A stretch of 59,394 nt of DNA from an uncultured virus (IMG/VR IMGVR_UViG_2061766007_000883) (IMGVR_UViG_2061766007_000883), one strand, 5' to 3'. Shown: positions 9,218-18,986, counted from the stretch's first letter. The notes: a model not told the origin generated them from the letters alone. Program-made: numbers and translations.

Positions 9218-10018
9218 ATGTCGCTTGAAATTCTTGAAAAAGGGTTGAGAACCTACATAGGCAGCCGAAAGGTCGTCGTCGGGGTGCATGGCGATTTGTA
9301 CTCCACGGCGGCCGCCGTGTTGTGCGCTGAATCCATAGGACGGGACAAGACCATCTGCGTCCTGCCGTACATACGGTTGAATGACGAGCTGCATGTCGTC
9401 AAGGAGGCGTTGCAGGATAGCAAACTGGATGTCCGCCTTGTCGATATCGGAAGAAGCCTTACGGAGCTGACAAGCAGTTGCTACTTCGAGGATGTCGTGT
9501 CCAGCATGTACGCCCTGCGCATGCGCGGGTCTTTGCTTGGCGGAGCCGCCTTGCAGTACATGGCGGCCTGCATAGGAGGCGTTGTCGTTAGTCCTGTCAC
9601 GCTCGACCACAGGCTGATTGGCGACATACAGGTCGGAGAGTATCTGGCCGACGTCGCGCCGTTCTGGGGCATGCATGCGACCCAGGTGCACAGGTTGGCG
9701 CGTGACCTTGGCGTGTCCAAAGTCGCGCTGGACAGGATTGTGGACCCAGATTTCCACGAGGAGCATGGCTTCGACCTATCGGATGTGGCTGACATGGTTG
9801 ACAAGTTCAACCACGACCAGTACAGGGACGAACAGAATCGCAGCGTGCTTCTGCACACGGCAGCATGGCCAACGGCCATAGTGGGCAGACGCGACGGGAA
9901 ATGGGAGCCGGTTCCGTTGTCCAAGGAGGAGAAGGCTATCATACGAGAGCATAATGGCAATATGGCCAGCATAAGGAAACTGGCGTTGGATTCAATCTAT
10001 TACGGAGTGTTGACATGA
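9218..10018 (+). CDS. NAD+ synthetase (NadE)-like protein with degenerate PP-loop
   Basis: KVVVGVHGDLYSTAAAVLCAESIGRDK (canonical GxSGGxDS) and DVAPFWGMHATQVHRLARDLGV (canonical DxxPIxDLxKTQVxxLAxxLGV). Confidence 0.65.
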   Translation: MSLEILEKGLRTYIGSRKVVVGVHGDLYSTAAAVLCAESIGRDKTICVLPYIRLNDELHVVKEALQDSKLDVRLVDIGRSLTELTSSCYFEDVVSSMYALRMRGSLLGGAALQYMAACIGGVVVSPVTLDHRLIGDIQVGEYLADVAPFWGMHATQVHRLARDLGVSKVALDRIVDPDFHEEHGFDLSDVADMVDKFNHDQYRDEQNRSVLLHTAAWPTAIVGRRDGKWEPVPLSKEEKAIIREHNGNMASIRKLALDSIYYGVLT

Positions 10019-10356
10019 TGCTGAGCGGATGTGTGTCGCTGGGCGACCTTGACATGTTCCTGAACCACGATGCCTGGTATGTCGGGATGACAAGTTCCGT
10101 GACAGGCAAGGCGGTGGTTGCGGAATACAAGCAGATACAAGTGAAAGTCTGGTGGGACGGGCATGCCCACTTCATGTGGCAGGACAAATGGGGTCTTGAA
10201 CATGAGGAGGACATATCGGACACCAAGGAGGAAGCCATGTACCGTCAGGTGCATGAGGACGGCACGGCTGAAGAACAGGCGGAATGGCGCAGGAAACTGG
10301 CCGACGCCTGGTGTGTGAAAGAAACCGAGATTGATTATTTATTACACATGGAATGA
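10015..10356 (+). CDS. hypothetical protein
   Basis: ATGA overlap; GGAG RBS. Confidence 0.65.
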   Translation: MMLSGCVSLGDLDMFLNHDAWYVGMTSSVTGKAVVAEYKQIQVKVWWDGHAHFMWQDKWGLEHEEDISDTKEEAMYRQVHEDGTAEEQAEWRRKLADAWCVKETEIDYLLHME

Positions 10357-10357
10357 T

Positions 10358-10861
10358 ATGGGCAGCAATAAATTGTTCAAGGAGTCGGATTCTCCTGTGG
10401 CCGTGTTGAAAGCGACGCGGCTTGTCGTATCCAAGCTGGCCAAGTGTGCCGCGCCAAGAGCGACGACAGCGTTGCGGTATATTGAGACAGCCATGAAATC
10501 CGTGGGAGCCACTGCAGAGCCCGACAAAGTCGCGGCCGGTGACCTTGTATCCAGCTGGAGCATGCCTGATGCGGTCAAAAGTATCAGGACATGGCATCAG
10601 GCGTACAGCTGCATGCGTTCGGATTATGCGCATTGCGTGATAAAAGTAGTTGTCGAACGGCTCACGCAGGTGTACCCGAACTCGACGCTGGTGCACTACT
10701 GGCATGTCGGGATGATGGTGTGCACGGAAGACGGCGAGACTGTCATGCTGGAGAAGGACGGAGTTATGGACAGGCTTGACCTGTGCATTGAGAAAGTAAC
10801 GGCCATGCTGGGTTCCGAGCTCGGCATGCGCAAGGACAAGGAGGACGACGATGATATATAA
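10358..10861 (+). CDS. hypothetical protein
   Basis: ORF contiguous with both neighbours. Confidence 0.65.
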   Translation: MGSNKLFKESDSPVAVLKATRLVVSKLAKCAAPRATTALRYIETAMKSVGATAEPDKVAAGDLVSSWSMPDAVKSIRTWHQAYSCMRSDYAHCVIKVVVERLTQVYPNSTLVHYWHVGMMVCTEDGETVMLEKDGVMDRLDLCIEKVTAMLGSELGMRKDKEDDDDI

Positions 10862-11669
10862 TAGTGCGTTGGCTTCGGTGTCGATAGCGGCCGTCGTGAG
10901 GTCGTCCACGATAGACTATCCTGGGCAGATAGCGGCTGTGCTGTTTACCAGTTGGTGTAACATGTGCTGCCCGTACTGCCACAACGTGGATATCTTAAGC
11001 GGGGACGCTGGTAGCAAGCTGAATCTGGAACTCGTCACCGCATGGCTTGCGGACAGGTTCGGCGCGTTGACAGGCGTCGTCCTGTCGGGCGGCGAGCCAA
11101 CCATGCTTCCTGACGAGAAGCTGCAGGAGTTGCTGGAGGAGCTTAAAGGTATCGGGTACGCCGTCAAGCTGGATACCAACGGCACGTACTGCGCGTTGCA
11201 AAGCAAGCTGACAAAGCCATGCCTGGACTACATAGCGGTGGATGTCAAGTTGCCGCGTGCGCGCTACCAGGAGCTGATGGCGAGCGGAACGGACAACGGG
11301 AAGATGGCGGCGTCCAAGCTGGCTGGCAACCTTGTGTGGCTTGACAGGGTGTTCGTCGGGCAGTGGCATAAGCAGTACGAACTTCGTACGACAGTGCACA
11401 AGAAGCTGCTTCCGCTGGAGGCGATATACCAGTTGAAAGCGGACTGGGTCGACCCGCGCAAAACGCATCCCAAGTGGTATCTGCAACAGTACGGCAAGTC
11501 CAAGGGCTTTGACCCGGACTTGCAGAACGAACCGACATATTCGGATGAGGATTTGGCGGACATCGCCGTCGGCATCGGCGCGTATGTGCGGGGTGTCGAT
11601 CCGGCACTGGCCGCAAAGGTCGAGAAGACCGTGGATGAAAGAACAGGCAGAGCAAAGGAGAACAAATGA
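10851..11669 (+). CDS. nrdG: anaerobic RNR activating radical SAM enzyme
   Basis: STIDYPGQIAAVLFTSWCNMCCPYCHN (CxxxCxxC); GVVLSGGEPT; KLDTNG; DYIAVDVK; ELRTTV. Confidence 0.9.
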   Translation: MIYNSALASVSIAAVVRSSTIDYPGQIAAVLFTSWCNMCCPYCHNVDILSGDAGSKLNLELVTAWLADRFGALTGVVLSGGEPTMLPDEKLQELLEELKGIGYAVKLDTNGTYCALQSKLTKPCLDYIAVDVKLPRARYQELMASGTDNGKMAASKLAGNLVWLDRVFVGQWHKQYELRTTVHKKLLPLEAIYQLKADWVDPRKTHPKWYLQQYGKSKGFDPDLQNEPTYSDEDLADIAVGIGAYVRGVDPALAAKVEKTVDERTGRAKENK

Positions 11670-12106
11670 TTAAGGTCTATTTTGACAACGCGCCGGACAA
11701 GCAGCTTACCAAGGCGCATCCGGACGACGCTGGCTACGATTTGCGCTCATCGGCCACGTTGGACGTGCCTCCGGGCGAGGTGGTGCTCGTGCCGACGGGC
11801 GTGTATGCAAGTCTTCCTGTCGGCGTGGTGGCGCTGGTGAAGTCCCGCTCAGGTCTAGCGCTCAAGAAGAATGTCGGCTCGGACGGCGGCGTCATTGACG
11901 CGGGCTACCGTGGCGAGTACGGTGTCATCCTTCGCAATTATGGCAAGGAGACGTTCCACATCGAGCGTGGAGACCGTGTGGCGCAGGTGCTGTTCATGCA
12001 ACTGGTCGGGGATTGCATTCCGATGAAAGTCGTGGACAGAAAGGACGAGCTTGGACCAGGCTCGCGTGGCGAGTGCGGATACGGAAGCACTGGAGTGCAG
12101 AAGTGA
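11666..12106 (+). CDS. dut: trimeric dUTPase
   Basis: Motifs AGYDL, RSGLA, GVIDAGYRGE, GDRVAQ, RGECGYGSTG. Confidence 0.95.
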   Translation: MIKVYFDNAPDKQLTKAHPDDAGYDLRSSATLDVPPGEVVLVPTGVYASLPVGVVALVKSRSGLALKKNVGSDGGVIDAGYRGEYGVILRNYGKETFHIERGDRVAQVLFMQLVGDCIPMKVVDRKDELGPGSRGECGYGSTGVQK

Positions 12107-12174
12107 TGTCCGCGTTCGGCTATGGGTCGCTGACCGCAATCGTGCTGCTTGCGATATGGGCGCTGTGCGATTGA
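12106..12174 (+). CDS. possible 22-aa membrane micropeptide
   Basis: MSAFGYGSLTAIVLLAIWALCD; coupled by TGATG overlaps to both dut and the next gene. Confidence 0.4.
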   Translation: MSAFGYGSLTAIVLLAIWALCD

Positions 12175-13157
12175 TGGGGTTCGCGTCCTCGTACATAGAG
12201 GACCCGGTGCGTCTGATGAATGATTCAGACACGCACGACAGGGCGCTCCTCATGAGTTATCCGAGTTCCGGTTCGTGGACTCCGCAATACAGCGGATGCC
12301 AGGCCAGCCTGATGCGTTCAGGCAAGTGCCTTGTCCGCGTGCAGCACTGGAACGAGACCATCACGCTCAGAGGGAAGGACAGGCGAACGGAAGGGAAAGA
12401 CGGCGATGTTGTGCGACTTAACAGGGTGCACGACACCAAGTCCGTCGTCAGGAATCCGAGCAATACGGAACGCTGGACGAATCTGGCGCTGCTGAGGTTC
12501 TACAAGCGCACGTACAGCGGATACGTCATCGAGTCGTTTACAAAGGACGGCGGGCTGCTGGTGCACCTTGGAATGGATGCGAACAAACGCGTGTGCAAAA
12601 TGGGCATTCTGTGGGCCGTGCGGTCGGCAATCGAACGCCACGCCATTGAGCAGTGTCCGACCGCGGACTCGGAGTCCGTGATAGAAGCCGTGAACGAGCA
12701 GTACAGGGCGCTGAAGCTGTCCTGCACAGGCGACAATCTGGCCGGGGCCAAGACTCTGGGAAACATAGCCACGGAATGTACCACGTTGCCGGGCGTGTCA
12801 CTGGACAGCCTCGTGTCATGCGGGTTGCTGGACAGCAAGGACGATGTCGACTGGAAGCATCCGCTGCGGCCGCACCTTGTGACGATGCTGGCCGGGTTCC
12901 AGTACAGGCTCCGTGTTGTGAAGCCCGTGGACTTGAACAGACTTGAGGATGATATGGAGGACATACAGGCGATAGAGCCTGGCGTGTCCCTGGATGAATT
13001 GAAAGAGAGGTCCAGCCAGCAGGAGGCCTACAAGGACGAGACTGGCGCGGCATGGATGTGCCTGTGCAGGCTTTCCACCAGGTCGCTGGACAGCGGCGTG
13101 GTGCTGGACAGGTACGTCAGGGAAGCGAAATATTACCCTGAACTTATGCCATTGTAG
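12174..13157 (+). CDS. hypothetical protein
   Basis: Long ORF; start placed at the TGATG overlap. Confidence 0.7.
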   Translation: MGFASSYIEDPVRLMNDSDTHDRALLMSYPSSGSWTPQYSGCQASLMRSGKCLVRVQHWNETITLRGKDRRTEGKDGDVVRLNRVHDTKSVVRNPSNTERWTNLALLRFYKRTYSGYVIESFTKDGGLLVHLGMDANKRVCKMGILWAVRSAIERHAIEQCPTADSESVIEAVNEQYRALKLSCTGDNLAGAKTLGNIATECTTLPGVSLDSLVSCGLLDSKDDVDWKHPLRPHLVTMLAGFQYRLRVVKPVDLNRLEDDMEDIQAIEPGVSLDELKERSSQQEAYKDETGAAWMCLCRLSTRSLDSGVVLDRYVREAKYYPELMPL

Positions 13158-13175
13158 AAACAGATAGGAGTATTT

Positions 13176-13628
13176 ATGAATAAGGAAGACCTTGAACTGC
13201 ACAAGAACTACATTGCGAACATCGACGGCGAAGTGTGCGTCGAGCTGACGGCCGTCCATGGAGACTTCGCGATTGTGAAAGACCTGGCGACACAGAAGAC
13301 CCGCTGGGTTCCGATTGCGAACATAGAGCACGTCATCGAGCCTGTGGCGGTCATGGNNNNNNNNNNNNNNNNNNNNNNNNNNNNNNNNNNNNNNNNNNNN
13401 NNNNNNNGCGCCGAGACGCACGACAACCCGCCGGTTGACAAAGCTGCGCCCCAGGAAACGTCTGAGGGCGAGGAGCCTAACAACAGGATGGGCGTGGCCC
13501 ATTTTGGCTGGTCCGTGTGCTGGCGTGGCCACATGTGCCGTGTCCTCGATGTGGACTCCGTGAAGCGGGAACTGCTGATTGCAACGCCGACTGGTTCGCG
13601 TGTCGCTGAAATGGGCGAGCTTATATGA
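13176..13628 (+). CDS. hypothetical protein (contains N gap)
   Basis: AGGAG RBS; convergent overlap with the sigma gene. Confidence 0.7.
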   Translation: MNKEDLELHKNYIANIDGEVCVELTAVHGDFAIVKDLATQKTRWVPIANIEHVIEPVAVMXXXXXXXXXXXXXXXXXXAETHDNPPVDKAAPQETSEGEEPNNRMGVAHFGWSVCWRGHMCRVLDVDSVKRELLIATPTGSRVAEMGELI

Positions 13629-14433
13629 CCATCAGCGCACGGAGCTCGGCAAGGGCGGCGTCGGCGTGTTGCTGAACGCTGTCCGCCGTAAGCCCTGTCT
13701 CCTGCGCCAGCATTCGTGCGTCCATTGCGGCGCAGTCCAGTCCGAACATCCGCGTGATGATGAGCCTGTCCAGTTGCGACAGGCTCGCAAGCGCGGCATC
13801 CAAGGCATAGCTGCGGCGTGCGCGTTCCTCGCGGTCGTCATCGTCCGCAGTCTCCGCCAGCAGCTGGTCGAACGTTGTCGCTGAGTCTTCGCTGACAGGC
13901 GTGTCCATCGAGTATGTCTCGGTTGCCGCCTTGTCCAGCGTTTCAATCTGCCGTGCGGTGAGGCCTGTAAGCTCGACCAATGTGTCGATGTCAGGTGCCT
14001 CGCCGTGCTCCGTCATATAGGCTGTTCTGGCCTTGGTCAGGGTGAGCAGCTTCTGGGCGCTGCCGCCAGGCACGCGTACGGTTCTGCCCTGCCACATGAG
14101 CGCCTTGCGGATGGCCTGTTTGATCCACCACGCCGCATAACACGAAAACTTGGCGCCTTTGGAGGGGTCGAACTTGACAGCCGCCCTGCTCAACCCAAGG
14201 TTGCCCTCGGCCACTAAATCCGCGAAGCCAAGGCCATAGCTTTTGAAGTCGTGGGCTATCTTCACGACCAGCCTCAGGTTTGCGCAGACGAGCTTGTCCT
14301 TGGCTGCCTGCCTTTCTTCCGGCGTGCCGTTCGCTATGATGGCGGCTAACCGGTTCTCTTCGTCCGTGGTAATACGCGGATACTTGCGTATGTCGTTCAT
14401 GTACAAGTCGATGCTCTCAATGCGTGTCCTCAT
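13621..14433 (-). CDS. sigma70-family RNA polymerase sigma factor (RpoD/RpoS-like, lacks region 1.1)
   Basis: LYMNDIRKYP (region 1.2); ANLRLVVKIA, DLVAEGNLGL, KFDPSKGAKFSCYAAWWIKQAI and RTVRVP (region 2); AGGAG RBS. Confidence 0.93.
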   Translation of the reverse strand: MRTRIESIDLYMNDIRKYPRITTDEENRLAAIIANGTPEERQAAKDKLVCANLRLVVKIAHDFKSYGLGFADLVAEGNLGLSRAAVKFDPSKGAKFSCYAAWWIKQAIRKALMWQGRTVRVPGGSAQKLLTLTKARTAYMTEHGEAPDIDTLVELTGLTARQIETLDKAATETYSMDTPVSEDSATTFDQLLAETADDDDREERARRSYALDAALASLSQLDRLIITRMFGLDCAAMDARMLAQETGLTADSVQQHADAALAELRALMVI

Positions 14434-14471
14434 CGTTCGCTCCTGTGCAAATGGGTTGTAGGGTGACGGAT

Positions 14472-14499
14472 AATATAGACTGAATATCGACGAGTGCAA
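14472..14499 (-). promoter_or_regulatory. host sigma70-type promoter for the phage sigma gene
   Basis: Minus strand TTGCAC-N16-TATATT. Confidence 0.5.
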
Positions 14500-14599
14500 T
14501 AACGAATTTGAAATTTATTGACGTTTTGAAACTAATTGGAGACGACGTAGGTCTTGGCGTGCTTTTCTCGGTTTTCGGCGCCATTGTTCCTGTCTCCAC

Positions 14600-14640
14600 G
14601 GCTCTCCGGGTTGTTTGCCATGCGACCCGGAGGGCCTTTT
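14600..14640 (+). terminator. terminator-like hairpin with TTGCCAT loop
   Basis: GGCTCTCCGGGTTG...CGACCCGGAGGGCC followed by TTTT. Confidence 0.7.
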
Positions 14641-14660
14641 CATTTACAGGAGGTACAATC

Positions 14661-15569
14661 ATGGGACAATATGAAACATCAGCAAGGACTTTCCAGTTTC
14701 AAGTAACCGACGGGAAACGGTTGAAGAAACTCGTGGATGGACTGTGCTGTGACGATGACGATGTCGTGCTGGACATGGAGGAAGCAGATGGCAAGATGCT
14801 GTGTCGTCTGCGTGCGCGGGGGTGCATAGAGGCGGACGGAGATTCCGAAGTCTATTCCGACTACGATCCGGACGACTACGACCACAGGCTGATGCCGTTC
14901 GTGTACGAGCTCCAGCAGATATTGCCTGAGGGCGAGGGCTTCGTGTATATAGAGGTTTATTTCGATGGTACGGCGGAGGTTGGTTCCTTCGCCATCATCG
15001 CATCCAAGTACGCCGTCAAGACGTTTGATTTGGAAGACCACTGCACGGACGAACTCAATCGTCTGACAGGGCATCCGACGATGCCTAAGATATGGGCGTG
15101 CCAGCAGTTGAACCTACCCGTGGCGGCCATCCCGATTGCCGCGCTGCAGGCGCTGACCGACGCGCTGTCGTCTGTTGTCCCGCCTGTCGATATTTGCGAG
15201 ACGATTCCTGAGACCACCAAAATATGGAGCAAGTCTTTATACGTGTGGCTGGACTGCCCAGGCACGCATGCGTACATCTGCCCGCGTTGCCGGGTGCAGG
15301 ACGTAAAGTTGTATCCTGGAACGAACATTCTGCCAGCGCCATTGAGACGTGAGCTTGAGGACGACACGGACGCCGTGTGGCTCAACATGGACGGATATGA
15401 TGTCGAGTGGTGCAATACGATGGTTGCCATAGAGACGCATGTAGGTCAGCTTGCCCATGTGTCCGCCAAGAACAAGACGCTTAGTATTGATACGGTGCGT
15501 ACGCTTTCGCTTGACCGATACATCCGTGCGGTCATGATGAAATGGCTCCATGCGAACGGTGTAAAATAG
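14661..15569 (+). CDS. phage hypothetical protein
   Basis: AGGAGG RBS; N-terminus MGQYETSARTFQFQVTD. Confidence 0.75.
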   Translation: MGQYETSARTFQFQVTDGKRLKKLVDGLCCDDDDVVLDMEEADGKMLCRLRARGCIEADGDSEVYSDYDPDDYDHRLMPFVYELQQILPEGEGFVYIEVYFDGTAEVGSFAIIASKYAVKTFDLEDHCTDELNRLTGHPTMPKIWACQQLNLPVAAIPIAALQALTDALSSVVPPVDICETIPETTKIWSKSLYVWLDCPGTHAYICPRCRVQDVKLYPGTNILPAPLRRELEDDTDAVWLNMDGYDVEWCNTMVAIETHVGQLAHVSAKNKTLSIDTVRTLSLDRYIRAVMMKWLHANGVK

Positions 15570-15574
15570 CCATG

Positions 15575-15602
15575 TTAAAAACACCTGTGTATACGGCATA
15601 AT
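15575..15602 (+). promoter_or_regulatory. promoter TTAAAA-N16-CATAAT
   Basis: Same elements, spacing and GGCATAATAC context at 20939-20966. Confidence 0.6.
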
Positions 15603-15750
15603 ACCTTGAAGGGATTATATCCCGGACAACACGCGGCGGCCCTTTCGATGTCCTGCCGCCGCGTCCCTTGTCCGGGATTTTCTCTTTAGCGGGTTTTGCC
15701 ATCCGCTGCGTTCAGGAATCCGTCCTGAGCGCGATAAGACAAGGTTCCCT
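15603..15750 (+). ncRNA. candidate structured leader or ncRNA (multibranch)
   Basis: ACCTTG/CAAGGT closing stem encloses three hairpins (15619-15678, 15688-15707, 15708-15731). Confidence 0.45.
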
Positions 15751-15767
15751 AATCACACAGGAGGGTA

Positions 15768-16418
15768 ATGACAATGGCAAAGAAACAGAAAAAGAACAAC
15801 GAGGAACTGACCTCGTTGGACGCGCTGGATGCCAGCGCATTCGCGGCAGCAAAGCCTGAGACCACCGAACAGCCCGCGCCGCAACCTGAGGTGGTCAAAG
15901 TCGAAGCGCCAAAGGCCGAAGCACCGAAGACTGATCCGCCGACTCCAGAAGCACCTACGCTGGCGCAATTCAACGAGTTACAGAAAGAAGTCGCCGTACT
16001 CGGTCGTCAGGTGCAAATCTTAAACTCGCAGGCTCTGAAAGAACCCGTCCGTCGACAGGAGCTGAATCAGCGCATCGACAACGTTGCGCAGCACCTGGAA
16101 AAGCTGGCGTCGCTGGAAACCCAGCTGCAGGGCGTGGAAGCCGAGCTTGCGCGTCTTACGGCGCCCGGGATCGCCAAACGCACGGGCATGGCTATCGCCA
16201 AGGGTTGGGCGTGGTGCACCAGTCCTGTCCGAAAAGCCGCCGCCTCAATGCAGGCTTCTTATCAGCAGTGGCGTGCGGATTTGAAGCAGCGCCGTGACGT
16301 TGCAAAGGCTGAACGTGAGGCCCGCGAAGCCGAACGTGAAGCCATGGAAGACGCACTTCGTCAAGAACAAGCAGAGAGAATAAAAACTCTGCAGGAAGAA
16401 GCTGAGAAGCTGAGAAAG
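15768..16418 (+). CDS. coiled-coil protein with Pro/Glu-rich N-terminus (3' end in N gap)
   Basis: AGGAGG RBS; heptad-rich sequence; alternative start at 15774. Confidence 0.7.
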
Positions 16419-16503
16419 NNNNNNNNNNNNNNNNNNNNNNNNNNNNNNNNNNNNNNNNNNNNNNNNNNNNNNNNNNNNNNNNNNNNNNNNNNNNAGCATC
16501 GGT

Positions 16504-16540
16504 AAAAGTCGTAGATTGTAACAAATCTGCGGCTTTTTTT
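16504..16540 (+). terminator. intrinsic terminator
   Basis: AAAAGTCGTAGATT...AATCTGCGGCTTTTTT. Confidence 0.65.
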
Positions 16541-16575
16541 ATTATTTGGTCAAATATAACAAACAAGGACGAACA

Positions 16576-16968
16576 ATGGAAGGAACCATTATTGAATTAC
16601 TGGCCGTAACCGTTAACAGGGTACCGAAACAGGCGTTGCAGAAGTACCTGAATGCATATATAATTGAGATTCAGCATGTCGAAGCGCGTATACGTCCGTT
16701 GGCTGATGTTGCGCAGACGCATGAGAAGCTGTTCGACCGCGCTCCCCGTAACGAGGAGCACAAGATGTATGTCCTGCTGCAGGACATCATCGAAACGCTG
16801 CTTCCCGGTTATCCGAGGTATAAAGAACTTATCGACTATCTGCGAGAAGCCCCGCATGACGCCCGGCAGGCCCTTGCGGGATTGCATCCGATTCTTGAAC
16901 GGATGCAAAGTGTGAAGACAACACTGGAGGGAGGTGTGACGCCTGGTATTAAAATCAAAATCCAGTAG
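16576..16968 (+). CDS. hypothetical protein
   Basis: AAGGA RBS, ATG 16576. Confidence 0.65.
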   Translation: MEGTIIELLAVTVNRVPKQALQKYLNAYIIEIQHVEARIRPLADVAQTHEKLFDRAPRNEEHKMYVLLQDIIETLLPGYPRYKELIDYLREAPHDARQALAGLHPILERMQSVKTTLEGGVTPGIKIKIQ

Positions 16969-17035
16969 TCTTAGTCGTGTAAGGGCGGAGGGCATGCCCT
17001 CTGCCGGGTAAATCAGTAAGAATCAAGGAGTAAGT

Positions 17036-17625
17036 ATGAGTAACTTGCTTGACAGAATGTTTGATTTGTTCAAGAATGCGCTGTTGGAGGCGAACGGTAA
17101 AAGCAACACCTTCCGGTTTGCCGACCGGGAAATCACGTTTAAGCCTGTAGACGACAAATCGTTACAGGGCTTATTTTTGTTTGAAATCAACGGCGAGCGA
17201 TTCTCCCTCACGGACAGCCGTGAATCCAAGATGCGTCTGGCGGCCTCCGGCCTGCTCGGAGACCTGTTGATTGACAAAGGTCTGCGTGGGCTGGCGGACA
17301 TTATGGACGTCAAACACAGGAAAGGCTTGGCGAAGGCCCGTTCTTATATGGACGGCTTGTGGGGTCCTTTCAGTGGCCCGGTGTGGCGCTGGAACGATCC
17401 GGATGCGCATCGGCCGACAGTCGCAAAAGTGGCTGTGGCTTTGGTGCCGTTTTCCGTACTGGACGGAGGCATCCCGCAGAGCCCGCGAAAGGCGCGGGAG
17501 CTCGGTGCGGAGATGCCGTTTGTATCCGGGCCGGATTGGAAGGCCGCGTTGCGACTGGCAAACCGGTTGGCGCAGCTTGAGGAAGTGAAGAAGCGGCTGG
17601 AAGCCGCACGTGACGCCAACAAGGC
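17036..17625 (+). CDS. hypothetical protein (ends in N gap)
   Basis: AAGGAG RBS; a terminator follows the gap. Confidence 0.65.
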
Positions 17626-17660
17626 NNNNNNNNNNNNNNNNNNNNNNNNNNNNGAAGCAC

Positions 17661-17688
17661 AGGGGAGCCCCGGAAGGGGCTCCTCTTT
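17661..17688 (+). terminator. intrinsic terminator
   Basis: AGGGGAGCCCC-GGAA-GGGGCTCCTCT followed by TT. Confidence 0.7.
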
Positions 17689-17752
17689 GCTTTTACACTG
17701 TATTGACGTATGGCATTCATTGACGGCAGGACAAACCGACAAGGAGATTGCA

Positions 17753-18142
17753 ATGAAGAAAGCCATTTGGATTATTGCTGCGTTTCTGGTTGCCACGGCT
17801 TACGTGATGCTGGTGACATCATGCAGGATGAGTGAGCGGGAATACCAGTTGCGGAAGTACGACATCGAGGCGCGCAAGGCGCACCCAGTGTACGCCATGA
17901 TTACCATCAAGGGGCCTCTTGAGCTCAAGGAAGGCGCTGTTCTGGAGATTCCCATCCAGCTTACCCCTTACCAGTCGCCTGTCATCCCGGACGGACAGCA
18001 GATTTGGGCGAACGTCGTGCAGAACGGCGTGACGACGGCGGCTTTGGCCGCCACCATGGCGTTCGGTGTCCATGAAGTGCGCAGGGCAAAGGGCACGACG
18101 AACACGACCATCAACAATAACAACGCTGTTCCGGCGCAGTGA
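17753..18142 (+). CDS. putative lipoprotein/membrane protein
   Basis: AAGGAG RBS; MKKAIWII... signal peptide with lipobox VTSC. Confidence 0.65.
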   Translation: MKKAIWIIAAFLVATAYVMLVTSCRMSEREYQLRKYDIEARKAHPVYAMITIKGPLELKEGAVLEIPIQLTPYQSPVIPDGQQIWANVVQNGVTTAALAATMAFGVHEVRRAKGTTNTTINNNNAVPAQ

Positions 18143-18147
18143 GGTGC

Positions 18148-18423
18148 ATGATGAGACTACTGGCAATCATATTCGTTTGCATGCTGTTGCAGGCATGCGC
18201 CATCTACAACCGGTCGAATGTGACCAATGTCTACAGCCCGGCGTCCACGGAAGGCAGAAGCCGCGTGGCCATCAAAGGCAAGCGCATGGTGGACGGGGAC
18301 AAGTCCACGGACGCGGCCGTGTCCGCCAACAACACGGCCCAGTCCGACACGAGGACGGGAGGTTCCGATGAATTTGCTGGAAAGAACAAGGCTGATAAGA
18401 GCGCTAAAACGCAGGAGAAGTAA
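18148..18423 (+). CDS. putative lipoprotein
   Basis: GAGG RBS; signal peptide with lipobox LQAC. Confidence 0.65.
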   Translation: MMRLLAIIFVCMLLQACAIYNRSNVTNVYSPASTEGRSRVAIKGKRMVDGDKSTDAAVSANNTAQSDTRTGGSDEFAGKNKADKSAKTQEK

Positions 18424-18424
18424 C

Positions 18425-18986
18425 ATGTCCAAGTACACATTGAAGGAAATCCAGGACGCAAAGGAACTTGCGCAGGAACTCAAGCTGAAGGGCTACGAGC
18501 TGTTCTGCTCGTTGCCTGACGAGACGTTGCAAAAATACTGCAACGGCATCGGCGCGGAGTGGATGCCNNNNNNNNNNTCGACGCCAAGCGCCTGGCTCGT
18601 GTCTGCCAGAAGTTCGGCAGGAAGGCGTACAATGAAGCCATTGCCTCGCACAAACTGGCAGAAGAGCAGGAGGCGATGCAGGCATGAAGCTGGTGTTCCA
18701 ATATCCAGATACCTTGTCTGGAGCTGTGCCCGAAGGAACGATAGACCTTGAGTACGGCCATCACAAGGATTTCACGCTGGAGTGCGTTGACACGGAAGGC
18801 AACCCTATCGACGTCGAGGCTCTCGGTATGGCGCAATGGCGGCTTNNNNNNNNNNGTTCCCCGTCATCAAGATTGCGGCCATGATTCACGACATCCGTTT
18901 CAACTTTGGCGACGGCACGGACGAGGACTTCAAGGAGGCGAACAACGACCTGTTCGAGAACGGATGGTTGCTCGGCTGCCATTACT
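18425..18986 (+). CDS. phospholipase A2-like (CNGxG...HD) phage protein; pieces misordered (18425-18567, then 18856-18986, then 18578-18687)
   Basis: CNGIGAEWM, then AAMIHDIRF..G...FKEANNDLFEN, then LARVCQKFGRKAY, form a coherent sequence only when reordered. Confidence 0.55.
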
